Shown here: piece by piece, positions 56,211 through 64,000 of the stretch
Position numbering within the stretch: the first letter of the stretch is position 1
Layout of the letters: each line of letters begins with the position of its first letter
DNA from: Acidimicrobiia bacterium
Lineage (GTDB): Bacteria; Actinomycetota; Acidimicrobiia; Acidimicrobiales; Aldehydirespiratoraceae
Assembly (NCBI GenBank): GCA_022820805.1
Contig: JAJEEV010000043.1
Span: forward strand, 11,363-75,362
DNA: 64,000 nucleotides
Direction: 5' to 3'
Program-made: the position numbers and the translations under genes
Notes under the pieces: generated by a model
What the model was told of the DNA's origin: nothing
Database searches by the model: none
Seen by the model: the letters and a program-made list of their open reading frames with translations, nothing else

Positions 56211-57007
56211 GCCGTCTCCAGTGCCCTTCGAACCTGCGCGGCGATGGCCACGTACTCCGGGTCCTCGCGAAGCTCGGGAGGGCGTGGGTATCCGATCGGC
56301 ACCTCGATCTCGGCGTGAACCCGACCGGGGTTGGCCGACATGACGACGACGCGCTGCCCGAGGAAGACGGCTTCATCGATGCTGTGAGTGACGAACACGA
56401 TCGTCGTCGCAGTCTTGGCCCAGATGCTCAGGAGTTCGACGTTCAGCCTGCCGCGGGTGATCGCGTCGAGGGCCCCGAACGGCTCGTCCATGAGGAGGAT
56501 CTGCGGCTGCGTCACCAGCGCCCGAGCGATCGAGACCCGTTGGCGCATGCCACCGGAAAGTTGCTGGGGGTACGCGTTGTGGCGCCCGTTGAGGCCGACT
56601 AGATCCAACAGCTCCCCAGGGTTGCGGTGGGGCCGGTCGCGGGTCACTCCGCTGCCCACCTCCAGTGGGAGTTCGACGTTGCGGATCGCCGTCCGCCACG
56701 GCAGCAGCGCAGCATCCTGGAACACGAACCCGAGGCGCCGGTCTCGACGGGCGTGATCAGGGGGAGCCCCGAAGACGGCCACGCTGCCCGCCGATGGAGC
56801 AAGGAGGTCGGCGATCAATCGGAGCAGTGTCGACTTGCCGCACCCTGATGGGCCGATGACGGTGACGAGTTGCCCGCCCCCGATCCTGACCGAGAGATCT
56901 TGAAGGGCGATTATCTCGCCTTGATCGGTAGCGAAGCGGACGGTGGCGTTCGTCACGTCGATCGCGGTCTGTGCTTCTCGATCGTCCGTCAGCTCCTCGG
57001 ATTCCAC
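56207..57007 (-). CDS. ABC importer ATP-binding protein (NitT/TauT family)
   Basis: Within ORF 56207..57067. It has Walker A GPSGCGKST, signature LSGGMRQR and Walker B LLMDEPF. Start set at GTG 57007 (GGAG upstream), because the promoter candidate lies downstream of TTG 57067. Confidence 0.88.
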   Translation of the reverse strand: MESEELTDDREAQTAIDVTNATVRFATDQGEIIALQDLSVRIGGGQLVTVIGPSGCGKSTLLRLIADLLAPSAGSVAVFGAPPDHARRDRRLGFVFQDAALLPWRTAIRNVELPLEVGSGVTRDRPHRNPGELLDLVGLNGRHNAYPQQLSGGMRQRVSIARALVTQPQILLMDEPFGALDAITRGRLNVELLSIWAKTATTIVFVTHSIDEAVFLGQRVVVMSANPGRVHAEIEVPIGYPRPPELREDPEYVAIAAQVRRALETA

Positions 57008-57044
57008 TCCGCTCCCTTGGGTCAGAAGGTTGGCGAGCCAACGG

Positions 57045-57074
57045 ATTCTAGAGCAGTTGATTGTCAACCGTCAA
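57045..57074 (-). promoter_or_regulatory. sigma-70-type promoter candidate for the ABC/oxidoreductase operon, overlapping a palindrome
   Basis: The minus strand reads TTGACG, 18 nt of spacer, then TAGAAT. The spacer contains the palindrome GTTGAttgTCAAC (plus strand 57056-57068). Confidence 0.5.
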
Positions 57075-57157
57075 CTAGCCTCAGATAACGTGGCGGGCAG
57101 GCCTCAAGGGGTATCCCCCGAAGACGGCGCAGGTATTCAGGTTCGGAGAAAGCACTG

Positions 57158-58015
57158 ATGGAAACACCCCGGCTCCCCCGTGTGCTCGTCCCGGTGGCTA
57201 CGCCGTTCGCGCCGGACCTCACCGTGGCGATCCACCGATTCCTGGCGCATTGCGACGAACTGGTCCGCGCCGGCGCCGGCCTCGCCTTGTTCGGGACCAC
57301 CTCCGAGGCCAACTCGCTGGCGCTCTTAGAGCGCCGGACAGTCCTGGAAGCGGTGCTCGTCCATGGGACGCCGGCCGGGCTCCTGATGCCGGGCACGGGG
57401 ACCTGCTCGATTCCCGACACGGTGGCGTTGACGAGCGAGGCGGTGCAGGCCGGGTGCCCCGGGGTCCTCATGCTCCCGACCTTCTTCTACAAGAACCAGA
57501 CGGCCGACGGGATCGTCGCGTACTACTGCGAGGTGATCGAACGCGTCGCCGACGAGCGCCTGCGGATCTATCTCTACAACATCCCAGCCGTGTCCGGAGT
57601 CTCAATCTCCGTTGACGTCCTGGGGCGGCTCACCGACCGGTATCCGGCCGTCATCGCAGGATTGAAGGACAGTTCAGGGGATTGGCCGACGACCCGGGCT
57701 CTCCTGCACGGGGCTGTACCCAGGCGGCTGGATGTGTACGTCGGGTCCGAGCGCTATCTGCTGGCGACGCTGGCGGCGGGCGGTCGCGGGTGCATCAGCG
57801 CGACCGCCAACGTCAACGCGGCTGCGATCGTCGACCTGGCTGAACAGCCACGTCGCGCCGACGCCGAGGCCAGACAGCGTGACCTGACTGCGATGCGGGC
57901 CGTCATCGAGGCGTCGGGACCCCTCATTCCCGTTGTGAAGGCGCACCTGGCGGCCCGCTATGGCCGGGACGGCTGGCGCCGGGTGCGGCCGCCCCTCACG
58001 GCGCTGGACGGCTGA
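57158..58015 (+). CDS. dihydrodipicolinate synthase/N-acetylneuraminate lyase family class I aldolase
   Basis: ORF 57158..58015. Key residues: GTTSE, YLYNIP, and the Schiff-base lysine context GLKDSSG. Confidence 0.8.
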   Translation: METPRLPRVLVPVATPFAPDLTVAIHRFLAHCDELVRAGAGLALFGTTSEANSLALLERRTVLEAVLVHGTPAGLLMPGTGTCSIPDTVALTSEAVQAGCPGVLMLPTFFYKNQTADGIVAYYCEVIERVADERLRIYLYNIPAVSGVSISVDVLGRLTDRYPAVIAGLKDSSGDWPTTRALLHGAVPRRLDVYVGSERYLLATLAAGGRGCISATANVNAAAIVDLAEQPRRADAEARQRDLTAMRAVIEASGPLIPVVKAHLAARYGRDGWRRVRPPLTALDG

Positions 58016-58092
58016 GCCGCGTAGCGTGCGTCGGCGACGCAGTCCCGAACCGCCGGTACGGTGGGGCCGCGATCTGGCCGAAGGGAGAACAG

Positions 58093-58959
58093 ATGGCGGT
58101 CGAACGGAGCTGCTGGGCCATACCCGACGCACTCAACGGGGTCGATCTGGCCCACTTCGCCAGAAGGGTCGAGGAGCTCGGATACTCGCGGCTCTGGGTG
58201 GCGGAGACCCTCGGGCGCGACCCCTTCGCACAGCTCGCGCACCTCGGGGCGGTGACGTCCACGCTGGGGCTGGCCAGCGGGATAGCCAACGTCTACAACC
58301 GCCACGCCGGCGTCATGAAGCAGGGGGCCCACACCGTCGCCGAGCAGACCGGCGGCCGCTTCACGCTGGGCCTCGGCGTGTCGAGCCCGGTGATCGTCAA
58401 CAAGATCCGGGGCATTCCCTACGACAAGCCGCTGTCGTTCATGCGCGCCTACCTCGACGCCATGGACGCAGCCCACTACACGTCGGTGCGGCCGGCGGAG
58501 CCGGTCCCGGTGGTCCTGGCCGCGCTCGGACCCCGGATGCTGGAGCTGGCCGCCGAGCGCACCGACGGCGCCCACCCCTACAACACAACCCCGGAGCACA
58601 CCGCCTTCGCCCGCTCGGTGATGGGCCCCGACGCGCAGTTGTGCGTGGAGCAGAAGGTGATGCTCACCACCGACGCCGAGCAGGCCCGCGCCACCGGCGG
58701 CGAGGTCGTGAAGTTCTACACCCGGGCCCCCGGCTACCGGAACTGCTGGAAGAGTCTGGGCTTCGACGACGACGACATCGACGGCCTCTCGGACCGCTTC
58801 GTGGACGCCATGGTGGCCTGGGGCGACGTGGACGCCATCGAGCGCCGGCTGGCCGAGCACGCCGACGCCGGCGCCACCCAGGTCCTGGTGCAGGTGCTGC
58901 ACCCCTCGGCCGGCGTCGGCGCCATCGACTACGACGCCCTGGCCGCCCTCGCGCCGTGA
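58093..58959 (+). CDS. luciferase-like (LLM class) oxidoreductase, probably F420-dependent
   Basis: ORF 58093..58959. Key residues: GYSRLWVAETLGRDPF, FTLGLGVSSP. The size and pattern match the actinobacterial F420-dependent LLM subgroup. Confidence 0.7.
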   Translation: MAVERSCWAIPDALNGVDLAHFARRVEELGYSRLWVAETLGRDPFAQLAHLGAVTSTLGLASGIANVYNRHAGVMKQGAHTVAEQTGGRFTLGLGVSSPVIVNKIRGIPYDKPLSFMRAYLDAMDAAHYTSVRPAEPVPVVLAALGPRMLELAAERTDGAHPYNTTPEHTAFARSVMGPDAQLCVEQKVMLTTDAEQARATGGEVVKFYTRAPGYRNCWKSLGFDDDDIDGLSDRFVDAMVAWGDVDAIERRLAEHADAGATQVLVQVLHPSAGVGAIDYDALAALAP

Positions 58960-59849
58960 AGGACCTAGCCGGACGGGTGGCGGTGGTCACCGGCGGGGCC
59001 AGCGGCATCGGGAGGGCGATGGCCGAGCGCTTCGCGGCCGAGTCCATGCGGGTGGTCGTGGCCGACGTCGAGGAGCCGCCCCTCGACGAGACGGTGCGGT
59101 CCATACGCGACGCGGGCGGTGAGGCCGTCGCGATGGTCTGCGACGTGTCGGCTTGGCCTTCGGTCGAGGCGCTGCGCGACGCCTGCAACGACGCCTACGG
59201 GCCGGCCGACGTGCTGTGCAACAACGCCGGCGTGGCCGCCACCGGCCCGGTGTCGGAGCTGTCCATCAAGTCGTGGGAGTGGTGCCTGGGAGTGAACCTG
59301 TGGGGGGTGATCCACGGCTGCCGGGCCTTCCTCGGCGCCATGATCGAGCGGGGCTCGGGCCACATCGTCAACACCGCGTCGGTGCTGGGTCACATCACCT
59401 CGGCCGGGATCGGCCCCTACAACGTCTCCAAGCACGGGGTGGTGGCGCTCAGCGAGACGCTGCACGCCGAGATGCTGGCGGACCAGACCGGGGTGGGCGT
59501 CACCTGCCTGTGCCCCGGGCTGGTGTCCACCAACATCCTGGACTCCGAGCGCAACCGGCCCGAGAGTCTGCGGGACCATCCGGGCGTGGTCGGGACGTGG
59601 GATTCCGACGCGGTCGCGGGCAGCGCCGAGTCCGAGATGCGGTCCGCGATCCGCGACCTCTACGCCCAGGCGCTGGTGCCGTCGGCGGTGGCGGACATGG
59701 TGGTGCGAGCCATCCGGGCCGGTGATCTGTGGCTGTTCACCGACCGGGACTTCGATGCGGCCATCGCGGCCCGCCACCGCGACATCGAGGACCGGCGCAC
59801 GCCCGGAAGCGCCGCATCCCTGGGCTCGGCCCTGCTCGGGGACCGGTGA
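58956..59849 (+). CDS. short-chain dehydrogenase/reductase
   Basis: C-terminal 297 aa of ORF 57960..59849. GTG 58956 overlaps the upstream stop (GTGA). Key residues: VTGGASGIG, NNAG, catalytic YNVSK. Confidence 0.88.
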   Translation: MKDLAGRVAVVTGGASGIGRAMAERFAAESMRVVVADVEEPPLDETVRSIRDAGGEAVAMVCDVSAWPSVEALRDACNDAYGPADVLCNNAGVAATGPVSELSIKSWEWCLGVNLWGVIHGCRAFLGAMIERGSGHIVNTASVLGHITSAGIGPYNVSKHGVVALSETLHAEMLADQTGVGVTCLCPGLVSTNILDSERNRPESLRDHPGVVGTWDSDAVAGSAESEMRSAIRDLYAQALVPSAVADMVVRAIRAGDLWLFTDRDFDAAIAARHRDIEDRRTPGSAASLGSALLGDR

Positions 59850-59880
59850 GCCTTCCCGCCGCAGCTCGGCGGAGCCAGCC

Positions 59881-60894
59881 TTGAGAGTCCTGGTCACCGG
59901 CGCGACCGGCTTCGTCGGGTCGCACGCGGCCAAGGCCGTCCAGGACGCAGGCCACACCGTCAGGGCGCTGGTGCGCACGCCGGCCAAGCTTGAGACGGTG
60001 ACGGCCAGGGTCGGGGTGGACCTCGCCTCGCTGGAGACGTCGGTGGGCGACATCCGCGATGCGGACTCGGTCGCGGACGCCGTCGACGGCTGCGACGCCG
60101 TCGTACACGCCGCCGCAGTGGTGAGCATCGACCCGACTGACGAGGCCGAGGTCTCCGAGACCAACTTCGCGGGCGCCCAGAACGTGCTCGACGCCGCGGT
60201 CGGGGCGGGCTGCGACCCGGTGGTGCACGTCTCCACGGGCGAGGCCCTGTTCCCGTTCCGGACCGATCCGGTGACCACCGACCATCCGGTGGGCACCGCC
60301 CGCCAGCCCTACGCCCGTTCCAAGGCCAAGTGCGAGCACCTGGCTCGGCGCCACCAGTCGCTGGGCCACGGCGTGGTCATCGTCTACCCCGCCCTCACGA
60401 TCGGGCCCGGCGACTACAACGAGTCGGTGCAGCTCCAGCCGATGAAGCTGTGGCTCACCAAGCCCATTCCCCGGTCCGGCTACACGATGACGATGGTCGA
60501 CGTGCGCGACGTGGCCGCGGTGATAGCGGCGTCCATCGAGCCCGGCCGGGGCCCCAGGCGCTACCTGATGTTCGGTCACACCCTCACCGCGGAGGAGATC
60601 CTGTCGGCGTTGCGGGAGGTCACGGGCCGCGACCTGAAGTCGGTACCGGTGCCCAGGGCGCTGTTCTCGGCATGGGGCCGCATCGGGGACGTGGCCCACC
60701 GGTTCGGCCGCGACCTGGTGCTCACCTCCGAGGCTGTGGAGTACATGTTCAACTACTGCGCGGGCGACAACTCGGCCACCGAGCGCGACACCGGCATTTT
60801 CCTGCGCCCGGTGACCGAGTCGCTGGTCGACACCTTCGCCTGGATGCGCGACGCCGGGCACGTCACCGCCGCCCAGGCCGGGGCCGTGCCTTAG
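59881..60894 (+). CDS. NAD-dependent epimerase/dehydratase family protein (extended SDR), paralog 1
   Basis: Within ORF 59722..60894. TTG 59881 has GGAG 6 nt upstream and aligns with the ATG of paralog 2. Key residues: VLVTGATGFVGSH, YARSK. Confidence 0.8.
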   Translation: MRVLVTGATGFVGSHAAKAVQDAGHTVRALVRTPAKLETVTARVGVDLASLETSVGDIRDADSVADAVDGCDAVVHAAAVVSIDPTDEAEVSETNFAGAQNVLDAAVGAGCDPVVHVSTGEALFPFRTDPVTTDHPVGTARQPYARSKAKCEHLARRHQSLGHGVVIVYPALTIGPGDYNESVQLQPMKLWLTKPIPRSGYTMTMVDVRDVAAVIAASIEPGRGPRRYLMFGHTLTAEEILSALREVTGRDLKSVPVPRALFSAWGRIGDVAHRFGRDLVLTSEAVEYMFNYCAGDNSATERDTGIFLRPVTESLVDTFAWMRDAGHVTAAQAGAVP

Positions 60895-60957
60895 AGTTCC
60901 CCAGAATCCTCCGGGAGGCAGAGCTATGAAGTTCCTGGCGAGGCTGAGGGGCCTGGC

Positions 60958-61974
60958 ATGAGAGTCCTGGTCACCGGCGCCACCGGATTCGTGGGGTCGC
61001 ATGCGGCCAAGGCCCTGCAGGACGCGGGCCACTCCGTGAGGGTCCTGGTGCGAACGCCGGCCAAGCTCCAGGCGGTCAGCGCCCGGGTGGGGGTCGACCT
61101 GGACTCGGTCGAGACGTTCCACGGCGACATCACCGACGCCGAGGCGGTCGCAGCCGCCATCGACGGCTGCGACGCGGTGGTGCACGCGGCCGCGGTCGTC
61201 GGGACCGACCCGAGCTCCGCGGCCCAGATCGAGGACAGCAACTTCGCGGGCGCCCTCAACGTGCTGGGAACGGCCGCCGACGCCGGCTGCGACCCGATCG
61301 TGCATGTGTCCAGCGCGGCGGCTCTGTTCCCGTTCACCACCGACCCCGTGACCCCCGACCATCCTGTGGGCGGCTCCCGGATGCCGTACGCCCGGTCCAA
61401 GGCCGAGTGCGAGCAGCTGGCCCGGAGGTACCAGTCCCAGGGTCACGGCGTGGTCATCATCTATCCCGGCGGCGTGGTCGGCCCGGGCGACTACAACGAG
61501 TCGACCCAGTTCGAGCCGCTCAAGCTGTGGCTGACCAAGCCCTTCCTGCTCTCGTCGGGCTACACGATCAACCACATCGACGTGCGAGACGTGGCCGCGG
61601 TGATCGCGGCGTCGATGCGGCCCGGCCGCGGCCCCAAGCGCTATGTGATGTTCGGGCACCACCTCACCTCCCAGCAGCTGCTGTCGCTGCTGTGCGAGGT
61701 CACCGGCCGGGACCTGAAGTCGGTGTCGATGCCCAGGGCGATGGTCGCAGTCCTGGGCCGGGTCGGTGACCTGGCCCGCCGCTTCGGGCGGGACCTGGTG
61801 ATCACCTCCGAGGGAGTGGAGTACATGTACAACACCTGCGCCGGGGACAACTCCTTCACCGAGCAGGACACCGGCGTCACGCTGCGCCCTGCGGCCGACT
61901 CGCTGGCCGACGCCATCGCCTGGATGCGCGACGAGGGCCACGTCACTGCCGAGCAAGCCGGGGCAGTGCCCTAG
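60958..61974 (+). CDS. NAD-dependent epimerase/dehydratase family protein (extended SDR), paralog 2
   Basis: ORF 60958..61974. It is collinear with paralog 1 along its whole length (MRVLVTGATGFVGSHAAKA.QDAGH.VR.LVRTPAKL...). Confidence 0.85.
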   Translation: MRVLVTGATGFVGSHAAKALQDAGHSVRVLVRTPAKLQAVSARVGVDLDSVETFHGDITDAEAVAAAIDGCDAVVHAAAVVGTDPSSAAQIEDSNFAGALNVLGTAADAGCDPIVHVSSAAALFPFTTDPVTPDHPVGGSRMPYARSKAECEQLARRYQSQGHGVVIIYPGGVVGPGDYNESTQFEPLKLWLTKPFLLSSGYTINHIDVRDVAAVIAASMRPGRGPKRYVMFGHHLTSQQLLSLLCEVTGRDLKSVSMPRAMVAVLGRVGDLARRFGRDLVITSEGVEYMYNTCAGDNSFTEQDTGVTLRPAADSLADAIAWMRDEGHVTAEQAGAVP

Positions 61975-62042
61975 ATACCAGCAAGATTAATAACTTTCAT
62001 TCAAAGCTGAGCTATTTCAATTCAAGGCTGTAGGGTGCGGCC

Positions 62043-62576
62043 ATGCAGGGGCCGCTCATCGAGGGCGTGGACGGGATGTGGTCGGGATGGTGCCACGAGG
62101 GCGGCGCGGCCGAGCTGGTGCGGTCCCTCAAGTACGGTCGGGTCACCGCCGCGGTGACTCCCATCGCCGACCGGATGGCGTCGGCGGCGGCCGCCGCGCA
62201 GTCCGTCGACGTCGTCACCTGGGTTCCCTGCAGCCCGACGCGGCGCACCGATCGGGGCTTCGACCCCGCCGAGCTGCTGGCCCGAGCCCTGGCTCGCCGG
62301 CTGGGGCTGCGGGCCCGCCCCCTGCTGCGCCGGCTCGACGACGAGCCCCAGACGGCACGCACTCGCGCCGGCCGCCTGGCCGGGCCGCGGCTGGTCGCCC
62401 GGCCGCGCCGCGTGCGGAACTCGGTGCTGGTCGTCGACGACGTGTGCACCACCGGATCGACCCTGCGGGTCGCGGCCGCGGCGCTCCGGGCCGGCGGGGC
62501 CGTCACGGTGCTGGCCGCCGTCGCCACGACGGCGCCCGCAGCGCCGCGCCAGCCCGTCGCGGTACCAATACCATGA
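62043..62576 (+). CDS. comF: ComF-family phosphoribosyltransferase-like protein
   Basis: ORF 62043..62576. Key residues: RGFDPAELLA, PRTase loop VLVVDDVCTTGSTL. It sits just upstream of hpf-secA, as in other actinobacteria. Confidence 0.8.
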   Translation: MQGPLIEGVDGMWSGWCHEGGAAELVRSLKYGRVTAAVTPIADRMASAAAAAQSVDVVTWVPCSPTRRTDRGFDPAELLARALARRLGLRARPLLRRLDDEPQTARTRAGRLAGPRLVARPRRVRNSVLVVDDVCTTGSTLRVAAAALRAGGAVTVLAAVATTAPAAPRQPVAVPIP

Positions 62577-62619
62577 GGGCTCATCGACGCTAAATCGACT
62601 TTGAGCAGAGAGGTTGGAT

Positions 62620-63210
62620 GTGGAAATCTCCATCAGCAGTCGCCACACAGACATCACGCCGGGCCTCGAGAAGGTCGTGCGAGCCAAGATCGGGCAGCTC
62701 GACCGGTACCTGGACGATCTCGACACCGCCGAAGTGCACTTCGACGAGGCCCGCAATCCCCGGATCGTCGACCGCGAGACCTGTGAGGTGACCCTGACCG
62801 GGCACGGCCACCGTCTGCGCTGCAAGGTCAACGCCCCCGACGCCTTCACGGCTGTGGACCTCGCCGAGGCCAAGCTGGAGCGCCAGATCCGCAAGCTGCG
62901 GACCAAGCTCCAGAACCGCCACCGGGGCCGCGGCGACACCATCCGCACCGGCGCCGCGCCCGGCTCGCACACGGCCGCCGACGCGGTCGACGGCGACGGA
63001 AGCGCCGATGAGGCCGACGACGAGCCCGAGCTGAGGATCGTCAAGACCAAGCGATTCCACCTCGGCCCGCTCACACCGGCCGAGGCCGCACTGAAGATGG
63101 ACCTGATGGGCCACGGCTTCTTCTTCTTCATCAACTCGACCACCGGGCGCTCCGCGGTCGTGTACCGCCGCGACGACGGGGCCGTCGGCCTCATCGACGA
63201 GGCCGGCTGA
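62620..63210 (+). CDS. hpf: ribosome hibernation promoting factor (long HPF)
   Basis: ORF 62614..63210. Key residues: EISISSRHTDITPGLE, C-terminal dimerisation domain RIVKTKRF...MDLMGHGFFFFIN. GTG 62620 has GAGAGG 7 nt upstream; TTG 62614 is the alternative. Confidence 0.88.
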   Translation: MEISISSRHTDITPGLEKVVRAKIGQLDRYLDDLDTAEVHFDEARNPRIVDRETCEVTLTGHGHRLRCKVNAPDAFTAVDLAEAKLERQIRKLRTKLQNRHRGRGDTIRTGAAPGSHTAADAVDGDGSADEADDEPELRIVKTKRFHLGPLTPAEAALKMDLMGHGFFFFINSTTGRSAVVYRRDDGAVGLIDEAG

Positions 63211-63228
63211 GGGACCGGGCCCGGGCCG

Positions 63229-64000
<772 letters not shown>

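Noticed and set aside
57008-57067. TTG 57067 as the start of the ABC ATPase (the track ORF start)
   Set aside because: It lies upstream of the -10 box of the best promoter candidate and inside the palindrome. The encoded N-terminus (MTINCSRIRWLANLL...) is not ABC-like. GTG 57007 has GGAG upstream.

Overview
Very GC-rich window (about 70% by eye, not computed), densely coding, bacterial. Gene content and order look actinobacterial. The backbone accA-birA-LCP-manC-cofE/cofD-manB-SIS-manA-ahcY...comF-hpf-secA recalls, from memory, M. tuberculosis Rv3285 to Rv3240c. I call about 58 CDS and found no rRNA, tRNA, CRISPR array, transposase or recognisable defence system.

Three blocks:
- 1-47 kb: a large cell-envelope glycan region. 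It holds two convergent Wzm/Wzt ABC-2 exporters, a WbaP-like initiating transferase, six GT2/GT4 glycosyltransferases and three or four GT-C-like membrane proteins. It also holds an LCP ligase, a SpoIID protein with SLH repeats, and nucleotide-sugar genes (ugd, manC, galE, gmd, rmd, manB, manA). Interleaved are accA/birA, F420 genes cofD/cofE, ftsH and one DUF222-HNH gene behind an AT-rich patch.
- 47-62 kb: an accessory-looking block. It has an SLH-tagged PQQ-type sugar dehydrogenase next to a cytochrome c lipoprotein, and a GntR regulator. It has a NitT/TauT-type ABC importer fused into one operon with an FAD oxidoreductase, CoA-transferase, crotonase and ferredoxin. DapA-like, F420/LLM, SDR and two tandem epimerase paralogs follow.
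- 62-64 kb: comF-hpf-secA.

Most unusual observations:
1. A five-copy, same-orientation intergenic element that I do not recognise. It always lies just 5' of a plus-strand gene. Its conserved core carries a GTG-initiated peptide frame, VS(E/A)AN(K/R)SG(N/S)DTAA, that is phased with or abuts the downstream gene.
2. Chains of start/stop-overlapping mini-ORFs bridge cofD to cofE and the SIS gene to manA.
3. The gene set resembles the Pseudomonas CPA D-rhamnan pathway, combined here with LCP and SLH-domain proteins.

All functional calls come from motif recognition in the translated ORF track. No database search was possible.
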